Source of the DNA: Acinetobacter wanghuae
GTDB taxonomy: Bacteria > Pseudomonadota > Gammaproteobacteria > Pseudomonadales > Moraxellaceae
Length of the DNA: 32,000 bases
Direction: 5' to 3'
Assembly: GCF_009557235.1 (NCBI RefSeq)
Contig: NZ_CP045650.1
Coordinates: 1,620,001-1,652,000, forward strand
The notes below the pieces were generated by a model that did not search any database, was not told where the DNA came from, and was given only the letters and a program-made list of their open reading frames with translations. Position 1 is the stretch's first letter; each line of letters starts with the position of its first letter. This document shows positions 9,188-18,254 of the stretch, piece by piece. The position numbers and the translations under genes are program-made.

Positions 9188-10135
9188 TTAAAAAGGCGCC
9201 ATACTCCGATACGCGACATAAACGCTTTGATCATGACGGACTAAATCGCTACTAAATTGACGTTTTCGATCGCTCAGCATGACTTCAATACGCGCTTTAA
9301 AATGATTCGACTGCACTCCCAGCAAACCATTTAATGAATTGCGTTTTTCCGCAGCAACATCCTTAAAAGGTTCAAGTTCCCAAAGCTCCGAAACATTAGA
9401 AAAATATTCAGCATTGGCAGTTCGCTGATCTAAAAGTTGTTGCACACGCTGGATCTCTATTTTCTCATCGACACTTGCCAACAAAAATGCCGAAGCAGTA
9501 TTGATATTGACCCGTGTATCACGCGTTGGCGATGCAGTCACATAGTTTGAAATTAGTTTATATTTATTGTCTTCAAAACCACGAATTAATTTAAGTTCTT
9601 CAACACTATGAAATAAAGCATTGGGCGGTAAAGCCGCATTGGGCACGCCTTGATAATAACTGGATTCTGCACCCATTGAACCAACGGGTGTTTCGTCTTG
9701 ATCTTGCCAATCAATCACCGCTTCACTGAGTTGCTCAGGTAGGCCTACACGCTTTAGAATCATCTCAAACCATGTTTTTGCAGCAAGATTGACCTGACCA
9801 TCTTCGCTCAACAGGCTATTCAAATTAAACTTGCCAGATTCATCCTCTAAACGTCCTGCAACATAGCCATCCTCAACTGGAAACGCCGGCATTGGCTGTG
9901 CCCATGTCTCATTTAAATGATCGATATTGCCTGCATTTTTGGCATCATCGACCAATAATTCAGAGAAAAAGACTTCTGCGCTTTTGGCATACATCAACGA
10001 TTGATTTTGACGCATTAAATATGCAGTACTTTCAGCGGTTGCTGCTTGACGTTTAGCAATGGTAGCAGCAAGGATCGTCGCGAGCGCAACCATCACCAAA
10101 ATCGTAATCAGTGCAATCCCCTGTTGCTTCTGCAT
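9188..10135 (-). CDS. gspK: Type II secretion system minor pseudopilin GspK
   Basis: The N-terminus MQKQQGIALITILVMVALATIL is the typical GspK uncleaved-type hydrophobic segment. Size is about 315 aa and the gene is last in an H-I-J-K order. The track start (TTG 10156) overlaps the gspJ stop; ATG at 10135 gives the canonical N-terminus. Confidence 0.85.
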   Translation of the reverse strand: MQKQQGIALITILVMVALATILAATIAKRQAATAESTAYLMRQNQSLMYAKSAEVFFSELLVDDAKNAGNIDHLNETWAQPMPAFPVEDGYVAGRLEDESGKFNLNSLLSEDGQVNLAAKTWFEMILKRVGLPEQLSEAVIDWQDQDETPVGSMGAESSYYQGVPNAALPPNALFHSVEELKLIRGFEDNKYKLISNYVTASPTRDTRVNINTASAFLLASVDEKIEIQRVQQLLDQRTANAEYFSNVSELWELEPFKDVAAEKRNSLNGLLGVQSNHFKARIEVMLSDRKRQFSSDLVRHDQSVYVAYRSMAPF

Positions 10136-10152
10136 ATTTCCTTTGCACAGAT

Positions 10153-10863
10153 TCAAACATTCACCTTCGTTTGATTTAAAAAATCAGTATTGAGCAAACT
10201 AAATAACCACTCATATTCAACATCATGTATGGTCAGATTAATTTTTATCCCCTTGGGCAATTTTTGTTTCTCGATGATTTGCTCTAAATCAACACCATTT
10301 TTTGGCCACTCACTCAGCTCATCGGGATTTAACACCATAATCTGAAATTGATCGACATTTTCAAGCAAGACACTTGAATCAGGTTGCTCACGTCCGGTTT
10401 GATTCAAATTTTGATAGCGTAATCGATAGAGTTTTTTTTCATCTTGGCGATATTGATATTCAACCCGTTCATCTGGTGAAATGCCTTGCTGCAATGGGTC
10501 AGTCACCCCTGTTTTACTAAAACTCAAGCGTCCATTTTGCAAAACTAAAGCTGGACGAATCTCCCCATTCAGATTCGAGGTCAGTGGTACAATTTGCACG
10601 GTATCTCTTAAAATTTGCTGATAGCCTTGCTGCACAGCAGACAAACGTTGCTCATGCATTGTATTTTGATCTTTTGTGGAAATAATATGATCAAATACTT
10701 TCCAACCTAAAGCAGACAAGACCGCGAAAATTGCGATTGCGACCAACAGTTCAACCAAGGTAAAACCCAAAGCCGAATGAAGAAAGCCACGTGTTTTCTG
10801 CCGACTAGATAATTTTTCTTGTGGTTTATTTGATATTTGACAGGCACGCAATTTAGCGATCAT
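10153..10863 (-). CDS. gspJ: Type II secretion system minor pseudopilin GspJ
   Basis: Prepilin motif LGFTLVELLVAIAIF. The ATG forms an ATGA overlap with the gspI stop. The G of the cleavage motif is residue 33, so the leader is long. Confidence 0.85.
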   Translation of the reverse strand: MIAKLRACQISNKPQEKLSSRQKTRGFLHSALGFTLVELLVAIAIFAVLSALGWKVFDHIISTKDQNTMHEQRLSAVQQGYQQILRDTVQIVPLTSNLNGEIRPALVLQNGRLSFSKTGVTDPLQQGISPDERVEYQYRQDEKKLYRLRYQNLNQTGREQPDSSVLLENVDQFQIMVLNPDELSEWPKNGVDLEQIIEKQKLPKGIKINLTIHDVEYEWLFSLLNTDFLNQTKVNV

Positions 10864-11375
10864 TTTTCTTCAACCTTATGATTGAAAAAAGTCAGGCTAC
10901 TGATACCTGCTTCCACTTGCTCGGTATCTGAATTGACCAAACTCACTTGTATATCTACACGTTGTACATTGGGACTAATGGTCGCTTCTGCTTTTTTATC
11001 AATTTGCCACATTTCGCCTTGTTGGGTGACTTTTCGCGAAGCTGTGCCGCTTAACCACTCTTGATGAATATCCATATGTGCCGCTTCATTTAAAGCAACG
11101 AACTGCGCTTTGGTTCTGAGAATGGCATGCGAGGTCGCTTGCGTATATTGCATTGCAACCTTGGTTAATGTCATGGCAGCGGTGGCAAAGATCGCAAGTG
11201 CAACCATCACTTCAAGTAATGTAAAACCTGAGCTGCGAAGAATCAGATGCTGCTTTCTTACTTCGTAAGACAACGAAATAGGTTGAGCGTACAGGCGCTG
11301 AATTCGATTCGCATTGGACTTCAATAGCTTACTGATATCAGAGTAAATGCTTTCAAAGAAATATCTAACTTGCAT
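10860..11375 (-). CDS. gspI: Type II secretion system minor pseudopilin GspI (start codon uncertain)
   Basis: Prepilin motif SGFTLLEVMVALAIF, with G encoded at 11226-11228. The 3' end is secure. Candidate starts are ATG 11375 (49-aa leader, 11-nt overlap with gspH), TTG 11273 (15-aa leader, no SD) and TTG 11429. Confidence 0.75.
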   Translation of the reverse strand: MQVRYFFESIYSDISKLLKSNANRIQRLYAQPISLSYEVRKQHLILRSSGFTLLEVMVALAIFATAAMTLTKVAMQYTQATSHAILRTKAQFVALNEAAHMDIHQEWLSGTASRKVTQQGEMWQIDKKAEATISPNVQRVDIQVSLVNSDTEQVEAGISSLTFFNHKVEEK

Positions 11376-11916
11376 TAATTTTACCCAAATGATCAATTTC
11401 AATGGGCTGACCAATTTCACGATTCTCAAAGAAAAATTGGATACGAACAGGTTTCACCTCCCCATTACCCAACCAAATCAATTTAGGCGCATTAGCTTCG
11501 ATGAGATCTCGATTTAGGGCATTGGGATAACTTTTCGATAAACTTTCAATTTGAAAGGCGACTTGATCCGGTAAAAAACGGGTTTTAAAGTCGCTGTAGT
11601 TCTGCCATTTTTGTAGTGTGCTGCTGTTTGTATTTTGCTGAACTGGTGTTAAATATTCTTGAATATTATAGGAAAACGGTGCGACATCCGTTGCACTGCG
11701 TACATCTAAAGCCAATATACGGGATTGATCATTAGCTTCGCGCAAAAGCCGCTGCACATCCATCAAAAAAACTTCACGTGCTTGCATGGCTTTGCGCTGA
11801 TCTACACCACCTACATTTAGAACTACCAAAGACGCCATAATTCCCATAATCACAATAACAACCATCACTTCGATTAAAGTGAAGCCTTGCTGCAATAAAT
11901 GGGAATGATGTCGCAT
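11365..11916 (-). CDS. gspH: Type II secretion system minor pseudopilin GspH
   Basis: MRHHSHLLQQGFTLIEVMVVIVIMGI is a short basic leader followed by the G/FTLIE motif. ATG at 11916 is preceded by an AGAGG SD that overlaps the TetR stop codon. The track start TTG 11922 is less likely. Confidence 0.85.
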   Translation of the reverse strand: MRHHSHLLQQGFTLIEVMVVIVIMGIMASLVVLNVGGVDQRKAMQAREVFLMDVQRLLREANDQSRILALDVRSATDVAPFSYNIQEYLTPVQQNTNSSTLQKWQNYSDFKTRFLPDQVAFQIESLSKSYPNALNRDLIEANAPKLIWLGNGEVKPVRIQFFFENREIGQPIEIDHLGKINAS

Positions 11917-11925
11917 ACGCAACCT

Positions 11926-12540
11926 CTAAGCGAATTGCTCAACAACAGTGAGTTGCTTTGGTAATGCCAAAGCTTGATCAATGTACGCCACACGCAACGT
12001 ATCACGCGAACCGAGATAACGCTGATAGAAGCTTGAGTTTAAGATGGCTGCTGCACCATGAGTAAGTGACCAAATAGATGCCAAATAGTCACGACAAGTC
12101 ATCGCGCTCTGAATATTAATCAGATAACTTTCAGTCATGCGAATAATCAAACGTAAGCGCTGTTTACGGATTTGGTACAGCTCGCTAAACAAATGTTGAA
12201 TGCCCACACCTGTGGTTGCGAGACGCTCTTCGATTTGATGGAACAACACTGTCCGTTCCGGATGATGCAAGTGATGCAACATAAAGAAAGCGAGGTGTTC
12301 GGGAAAGGCTTTGTCGGTGTCCTGAATCATTTCCAACAACATGCGCTCATTACGAATAATCAGCAGCATGTACAGCTCATCTTTACTTTGGAAATGCTTA
12401 TATAGTGTGCCTTTTGCGAGATCAAGCTCGGCTGCGAGGGCATCCAAGGTCATGCCTGCTTCGCCATTTTCGAGTAATAGCTGCTCGGCCACTTGAAATA
12501 TCAAAGTTTCTCTTGCTCGAAACTGAGCTTGACGATCCAT
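11926..12540 (-). CDS. TetR/AcrR family transcriptional regulator
   Basis: The N-terminal HTH TLDALAAELDLAKGTLYKHFQSKDELY is a classic TetR signature, followed by an all-helical C-terminal ligand domain. I prefer ATG at 12540 over GTG 12546. Confidence 0.85.
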   Translation of the reverse strand: MDRQAQFRARETLIFQVAEQLLLENGEAGMTLDALAAELDLAKGTLYKHFQSKDELYMLLIIRNERMLLEMIQDTDKAFPEHLAFFMLHHLHHPERTVLFHQIEERLATTGVGIQHLFSELYQIRKQRLRLIIRMTESYLINIQSAMTCRDYLASIWSLTHGAAAILNSSFYQRYLGSRDTLRVAYIDQALALPKQLTVVEQFA

Positions 12541-12585
12541 CTTCACCCTATAACTCTCTTATGCTCTTATATCAATTCAAATTAT

Positions 12586-13359
12586 TTACTTTAAATTCAG
12601 AAGGTTTTCAAAGTTCTGCTTGGTAATGAAAGCCATTTCTTCTAGGGTCTTATCATATACATCGCAAAGCGCTTTGGCTACATAAGGTACGTATTTAGGT
12701 TCATTGGATTTGCCACGATATGGCATTGGAGCAAGATAAGGACTATCCGTTTCAATCAACACTCGATCGAGCGGCACTTGCTTCGCCACATCACGTAAAT
12801 CTTGCGCATTTTTAAAAGATACAATACCTGAGAAAGAAACGTAATAACCACAGTCTAAAACTGCTTTAGCTGTTTCCCAGTCTTCAGTGAAACAATGCAA
12901 AATACCATGTGTGGATTTTTCAGCGCGAATAATATCGACTGTGTCATGTTTTGCAGAACGGGTATGCACCACCACAGGTTTTTTCACGATTTGAGAGGCA
13001 TGAATATGACGGGCAAAACATGCTTTTTGTTCTGAGACGAATTCAGTGCTGTGATAATAATCAAGACCTGTTTCACCCAGCGCCCAGACTTTTTCAGGCT
13101 GCGCCAATTCAACTAGATACTCTGTCGTTGCACGCGCCATGGTCGCTGCATCTTCACATGGATGTACACCCACACTATAGCCAACGTCATTATGACGAGC
13201 AGCGATGGCAGCCAACTTGATATGATCATCTAAGTCAACTGAGATGCTCATAAATTTGGACACCCCTGCTTCACGTGCTTGAGCAAGTGCTAAATCTAAA
13301 TCACCTTGATAAGGGTCTAAATCCAGCAGGGTTAAATGGCAATGCGTATCTACAAACAC
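12586..13359 (-). CDS. TatD-family metal-dependent hydrolase/DNase (YcfH-like)
   Basis: FVDTHCHL N-terminal motif, plus GLDYY, VVHTR, HCF and ETDSPYL. GTG start at 13359 with an AAGGA SD 8 nt upstream. The position after holB-pilZ matches Pseudomonas. Confidence 0.9.
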   Translation of the reverse strand: MFVDTHCHLTLLDLDPYQGDLDLALAQAREAGVSKFMSISVDLDDHIKLAAIAARHNDVGYSVGVHPCEDAATMARATTEYLVELAQPEKVWALGETGLDYYHSTEFVSEQKACFARHIHASQIVKKPVVVHTRSAKHDTVDIIRAEKSTHGILHCFTEDWETAKAVLDCGYYVSFSGIVSFKNAQDLRDVAKQVPLDRVLIETDSPYLAPMPYRGKSNEPKYVPYVAKALCDVYDKTLEEMAFITKQNFENLLNLK

Positions 13360-13386
13360 AATGAGTTCCTTAGTAGGGAGGACGAA

Positions 13387-13728
13387 CTACATAGTGTAAC
13401 TTTTACGTCCCGTAGATTTAAGACCTGCAACCAAACGATCTGCTTCATTTTTGAAGAAAACGCCCTTTTCACCTGTCAATTGAATACCAAAACCTTGTGG
13501 CTTAATCCCATTTTGCTTTTGTGACACCCAAATCACTTTACCCGTTAACGGAATTTTTTGGGTTTGTTCTGGCAAAGTGGTCAATACAAAGACCTCTTCA
13601 CCCAATTGAACAGAGAGTTTCGACGGAATAAAAAGCCCACCGCCAACAACATACGGCATATAGCTTGCAAATAAAGTTTCAATATCAGGAATGCTTGCCT
13701 GAATAATCCCGCCCATACGTGGTTGCAT
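13387..13728 (-). CDS. pilZ: Type IV pilus assembly protein PilZ (single PilZ-domain protein)
   Basis: The 113-aa protein aligns by eye with P. aeruginosa PilZ (YMPxxxxGGLFIP ... LGEEVF ... KIPxxGKVxW ... GxGxQ). It has a strong AAGGAG SD and the conserved holB-pilZ-tatD order. Confidence 0.8.
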   Translation of the reverse strand: MQPRMGGIIQASIPDIETLFASYMPYVVGGGLFIPSKLSVQLGEEVFVLTTLPEQTQKIPLTGKVIWVSQKQNGIKPQGFGIQLTGEKGVFFKNEADRLVAGLKSTGRKSYTM

Positions 13729-13746
13729 ACCCTTCTCCTTATGGCT

Positions 13747-14730
13747 CTACAGATTCATCAGCTTAATACACAATTCATCGACCACTAAATTTGCTTGTAC
13801 GTTCTGAGCAAGGAATTGTTTGGATTGCTGAAAATCTTGATAAATATTAAATAATTGCTCTAAAGAATATTGTTCAGCCAATTCTTCGCAACTGATATCA
13901 ATATTCTTCACATTTTGATTTAGCTTGACACAAATTAAATCAGACAACAAGTATTCAAACATACGACTAAAATCAGTAAAACTTAATGCCTTGTTCCATT
14001 TCGTGGCAATTTGCATGGGCATATTTTTATCGATGACTAATTTTTTCCAGTCTTGGACGAAGTCTTGACGCAGTGGTAACCATGCACTTTGTGCCAATTC
14101 AACTGCTTGTAACGGCATTTGATTGGATAAATTCATTAACAAGTTTTGTTGCGTTTGACCCGATTCTGGCAAATGTTCTGACAAATACACCGAGGCTTGC
14201 TGTTCGGTTATCCGATCCATTGCAAAATGCTGTAAACGACTGCGAATGGTCGCTGGCAACTTCAAATAATGATCGGCGAGTAAAATAATTAAAATATTTT
14301 CGCCTGGTTCTTCCAAAGTTTTCAATAGCGCATTCGACGATGCAATATTTAAAGCTTCAGCTGGCTCAATGAGAATGACCCGCCAACCATCACCCGTTTG
14401 CTGAACAAAGGGCTGCAAATCGCGAATTTTTTCAATTTTGATTTTCGCATTTTGCTTTTTATTGTCGTCATCCGTACTGATATGCACATAATTTGGATGC
14501 GTATCGGCTTTTAACCATAGACAGCTGCCACATTCCCCACAGGGCTTATTCATCGCATGACGATTTTGGCACAAGACCCATGCTAAAAACTGCTGAGCAA
14601 AAGCCTCTTTACCACAGCCTTTTTTGCCATAAAACAATAAGCCATGCCCAAGCTTGGGAAAACGCTGCGTCAGCGAATCCCAAATACTCTGCTGCCATGG
14701 ATAAACCTGTGCTTCAACATCAAGTGGCAT
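13747..14730 (-). CDS. holB: DNA polymerase III subunit delta'
   Basis: Has the features YPWQ...LLFYGKKGCGKEAFA (degenerate Walker A) and the zinc module CGECGSC, then IIEPAEALN ... NALLKTLEEP and SRLQ (sensor). Confidence 0.9.
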   Translation of the reverse strand: MPLDVEAQVYPWQQSIWDSLTQRFPKLGHGLLFYGKKGCGKEAFAQQFLAWVLCQNRHAMNKPCGECGSCLWLKADTHPNYVHISTDDDNKKQNAKIKIEKIRDLQPFVQQTGDGWRVILIEPAEALNIASSNALLKTLEEPGENILIILLADHYLKLPATIRSRLQHFAMDRITEQQASVYLSEHLPESGQTQQNLLMNLSNQMPLQAVELAQSAWLPLRQDFVQDWKKLVIDKNMPMQIATKWNKALSFTDFSRMFEYLLSDLICVKLNQNVKNIDISCEELAEQYSLEQLFNIYQDFQQSKQFLAQNVQANLVVDELCIKLMNL

Positions 14731-14744
14731 ACTGGGGTCTCAAA

Positions 14745-15506
14745 TTAAGCAAAAGAGGATGGATCCATTTGATTCAAACGATCAAGATCTGCCTGAGTAT
14801 CTACACCCGGTGGTAAATTTGCTTCAGCGACCGCAATCGCAATGCGATGACCATTTTCAAGTACACGTAATTGTTCGAGTGATTCAAGCGTTTCAAGCAC
14901 ACCCATATCCCAAGTCACATATTCTTGAAGTAATTTCACACGATAAGCATATAAACCTAAATGACGATAAGCTTGATCATGCAGTTGTTGTTCGGCATGT
15001 TTCGCCCCATCACGATCATAAGGAATGGTGGCACGACTAAAATAAAGCGCTTGATTGTGTTTGGACATCACCACTTTCACAATACTGTCACGTTTAAATT
15101 CTTCAAGCGAATGGATCGGCTCACAGAGCGTCGACATTGAAGATTCTGGTTGATCTTGCAATAACTGCGCTACTTGTTTAACCAATTGGGCAGGAAGTAG
15201 AGGCTCATCACCTTGCACATTGACAATAATATCATCGCTTGCCCAGCCTTTAATACGTGCTACTTCACTCAAACGATCTGTCCCTGATGGATGATCTTTT
15301 GATGTAATGACAACATCTACACCTGCAGCGCGACAAACCTCAGCAATGCGTTCATCATCCGTTGCTACACATAGATCATCAAAGCCCTGTACTTTCTTTG
15401 CTTGATCAACCACACGTAAAATCATCGGGCGACCATGAATTTCTAATAAAGGTTTGCCGGGTAAACGTGAACTCGAATAACGGGCTGGAATAACAATATG
15501 TTTCAT
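14745..15506 (-). CDS. kdsB: 3-deoxy-manno-octulosonate cytidylyltransferase (CMP-Kdo synthetase)
   Basis: Motifs [31 protein letters not shown] and [10 protein letters not shown]. Confidence 0.95.
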   Translation of the reverse strand: MKHIVIPARYSSSRLPGKPLLEIHGRPMILRVVDQAKKVQGFDDLCVATDDERIAEVCRAAGVDVVITSKDHPSGTDRLSEVARIKGWASDDIIVNVQGDEPLLPAQLVKQVAQLLQDQPESSMSTLCEPIHSLEEFKRDSIVKVVMSKHNQALYFSRATIPYDRDGAKHAEQQLHDQAYRHLGLYAYRVKLLQEYVTWDMGVLETLESLEQLRVLENGHRIAIAVAEANLPPGVDTQADLDRLNQMDPSSFA

Positions 15507-15518
15507 ACAAAATGAACC

Positions 15519-16523
15519 TTAAGAAATGTGGATGCCATGATCTTGAAGTTGTTGATGCAAAGTACTGTAACAAGCTGCTGATAAGACGGCTTCTACAGGA
15601 ACAACCCAAATTTCACGTTGATACTCAGGATACTGTTGCAATAGCGCCATGATTTTAACAGCGTCTTTTTCAGTGGTAATAATGGGATGATCATCCTCAA
15701 ATTGCAGATCTTCAATGCTGTAGTCATGATGATCGGGGAATTCGTGCGATTGAAATTGGCTTAAGCCTAAATCCTGTAGCGTTTGATAGAAGCGCTTTGG
15801 AAAGCCAATACCGACCACAGCATAGTAATTCAGATTTGGATTAAATAATTGCTCATCAGCTGCACGAATCAAATAAGGTTGTGCAGGTTCTAGATGCATA
15901 TTTAAATCTAAACGTGGATCTGTTGCATGCTCTATTACTGTGGCTGCATTTAAGCGTTCTATTGACTCACGTAAATAACCTTCAGGCAATAATTTCTCAT
16001 TGCCCAATCCACGATTATTATCTAAGACAATCCATTCAATTTGCCGATTCAATGCCCAATGCTGTAAGCCATCATCACAAATAATGAGATCAAGTTCGTG
16101 CTTGGCCAGTAACAGCTCAATACTCTGTTGACGATTCGGACCAACCGCCATTGGAATACCTGTAGATTGGACAATCAATGCAGGCTCATCTCCGACAATG
16201 GTCGGTAACGTATCCGCTGCGACATAAGCTGGAAATGGACCTTGACCACCATAACCTCGACTAATTACGCCTACTCGAATATTGCGATCTTTGAGGTGAT
16301 GAACCAACTGGATGAGTAGCGGTGTTTTTCCGCTCCCACCCACAGTAATATTACCAATCACCATGACAGGAACAGGCGCGGTATAGCTTTTCTTCACACC
16401 ATTTTGATACAACGATTTATTGGCTTCAAATCCAAGCTTATACAACCACGATAAAGGTCGTAGCACAACCAACCACTTGGCTTGACGATTCCAAGCATTT
16501 TGAATGACTTGTGCTAATGACAT
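15519..16523 (-). CDS. lpxK: Tetraacyldisaccharide 4'-kinase
   Basis: P-loop GNITVGGSGKTP, followed by ISRGYGG and DDGLQH motifs. 334 aa. Confidence 0.95.
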   Translation of the reverse strand: MSLAQVIQNAWNRQAKWLVVLRPLSWLYKLGFEANKSLYQNGVKKSYTAPVPVMVIGNITVGGSGKTPLLIQLVHHLKDRNIRVGVISRGYGGQGPFPAYVAADTLPTIVGDEPALIVQSTGIPMAVGPNRQQSIELLLAKHELDLIICDDGLQHWALNRQIEWIVLDNNRGLGNEKLLPEGYLRESIERLNAATVIEHATDPRLDLNMHLEPAQPYLIRAADEQLFNPNLNYYAVVGIGFPKRFYQTLQDLGLSQFQSHEFPDHHDYSIEDLQFEDDHPIITTEKDAVKIMALLQQYPEYQREIWVVPVEAVLSAACYSTLHQQLQDHGIHIS

Positions 16524-16526
16524 AAA

Positions 16527-18254
16527 TCAATGATCCTCGAAATTACGTTGATGCAATTGATAATATGCACCTTGCTGTGCCAATAATTCCTGATGTGAAC
16601 CTTGCTCGACAATACGACCCCGATCCATCACTACGATTCGATCCGCATTTTCAATAGTCGATAGTCGATGAGCGATCACAATGGTAGTACGTCCAAGCAT
16701 GGCTTGATCAAAGGCTTGTTGAATGAAGTATTCAGATTCATTATCAAGCGCACTGGTGGCTTCATCTAAAATGAGAATTGGGGCATTTTTCAAAATTGCA
16801 CGTGCAATCGCAATCCGTTGACGCTGACCACCCGATAAATTCAGACCTTGCGCACCCAATGGTGTGTCATAACCTTTTGGTAATGCCATAATGAAATCAT
16901 GTGCATAAGCTGCTTTTGCAGCGGCAATCACATCTTCATCGGTGGCATTTTCTAACTGACCATAGGCAATATTTTCACGCACAGTTCGATTAAACAGCAC
17001 CACTTGCTGATTCACCATTGAAATTTGAGTGCGCAATGTATTCAGGTCAAAATCCGTAATATTGTTATTGTCAATATAAAGCTCACCAGAACTGGCATCT
17101 TGATAACGTACCAACAGATTAACCAGTGAGGTTTTACCTGCACCTGAACGTCCAACCAATGCAACGGTTTCGCCTTGCTTCACTTTCAAATTAAAATCAT
17201 GAATCGCATGAAACCCATCTGCATAGACTAGATTCACATTTTTAAATTCAATATTGCCCTGAATTTTATCGGTTAAGGTGCCCGTATTTTTTTCTTCAGG
17301 TAAATCGAGCAACTCAAAGACCGAATGCGCGGCAGCCATACCGCGTTGAATTCGTTCATTCACATCCGTTAATGCGCGGATCGGTTTAGCCAACATCCCT
17401 GCCGCTGTAATATAAGACACAAAAGCACCGGCAGAAATATCTTGAAGAATTTCAGGACGCAATGCGATGTACATAATAATACTGAGAGAAATCGACATAA
17501 TCAGCTGAATAATAGGGCTATTCAACTGCTGTACCACTACCATTTTCAAACCACGACTTAGATTTTCAAGTGAGCTTTTATGAAAACGCTGTTGTTCATA
17601 CGCTTGCCCACCAAAACCTTTGACCACCATATGACCATTGACCATTTCTTGAACCACGTGATTGACATCACCCATGGTGTCTTGAACTTGGTTGGATAGC
17701 TTGCGCATGCGTTTCGCCGCTTTGCTAATGACCCAACCAATTAATGGTCCAAAAATAAAGATGATCAGGGTTAAACGCCAGTTGGTATAAAAGAGATAGC
17801 CCAACAAAGCCAAGGTAATGGTACCGTATTGAACAATGGTCTTAATTGATTCAGAAGATGCTGCCGTCAATTGCTCGACGTTATACATAATTTTTGCAGT
17901 AATGTGACCGCTTGAATTATCTAAATAATATTGGGCAGGTAAACGTAATAATTTTGCGAACACTTCCTGACGAATATTAAAAATTAAATTACGAGAGATG
18001 ACTGCTGTAAAATAACCACCCATGAACAAACCGAGTCCACGGAAGAACATCAGTACGACTACGAGCAGCGGAAATAAGGTAGTGAAACCTTGATCACGAT
18101 TTTGAATGGCATCAATAATTTTTTTAAGCAATGCTGCGACTGAAACCTCTGTTGCTGCATTGATTGCAAAACCAAGAATAACCAGTAAGCCTATGCCCCA
18201 AAATGACTTTAAATAACTTAATAGACGTAGGTAGACTTTAAAATCGTGTTTCAC
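16527..18254 (-). CDS. msbA: Lipid A export ATP-binding/permease protein MsbA (ABC transporter flippase)
   Basis: A six-helix TMD is followed by an NBD with Walker A GRSGAGKTS, signature LSGGQRQR and Walker B ILILDEATSALD. The lpxK-adjacent context supports MsbA. The GTG start overlaps the exbD stop (GTGA). Confidence 0.9.
   Translation of the reverse strand: MKHDFKVYLRLLSYLKSFWGIGLLVILGFAINAATEVSVAALLKKIIDAIQNRDQGFTTLFPLLVVVLMFFRGLGLFMGGYFTAVISRNLIFNIRQEVFAKLLRLPAQYYLDNSSGHITAKIMYNVEQLTAASSESIKTIVQYGTITLALLGYLFYTNWRLTLIIFIFGPLIGWVISKAAKRMRKLSNQVQDTMGDVNHVVQEMVNGHMVVKGFGGQAYEQQRFHKSSLENLSRGLKMVVVQQLNSPIIQLIMSISLSIIMYIALRPEILQDISAGAFVSYITAAGMLAKPIRALTDVNERIQRGMAAAHSVFELLDLPEEKNTGTLTDKIQGNIEFKNVNLVYADGFHAIHDFNLKVKQGETVALVGRSGAGKTSLVNLLVRYQDASSGELYIDNNNITDFDLNTLRTQISMVNQQVVLFNRTVRENIAYGQLENATDEDVIAAAKAAYAHDFIMALPKGYDTPLGAQGLNLSGGQRQRIAIARAILKNAPILILDEATSALDNESEYFIQQAFDQAMLGRTTIVIAHRLSTIENADRIVVMDRGRIVEQGSHQELLAQQGAYYQLHQRNFEDH

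Noticed and set aside
9188-11916. An incomplete T2SS (only gspH-K), considered as a decayed or horizontally acquired remnant
   Set aside because: All four genes are intact and translationally coupled. Dispersal of gsp genes over several chromosomal loci is the established organisation in Acinetobacter. By eye, composition matches the surrounding core genes.
12951-15040. Antisense ORFs of 60-119 aa opposite tatD, holB and kdsB. Similar ones lie opposite murU (22092..22451), mutL (29002..29322), lpxK, msbA and exbB
   Set aside because: Each lies wholly within a well-supported gene on the other strand. None has a motif or ribosome-binding site, and their sizes are expected by chance in moderately AT-rich DNA.
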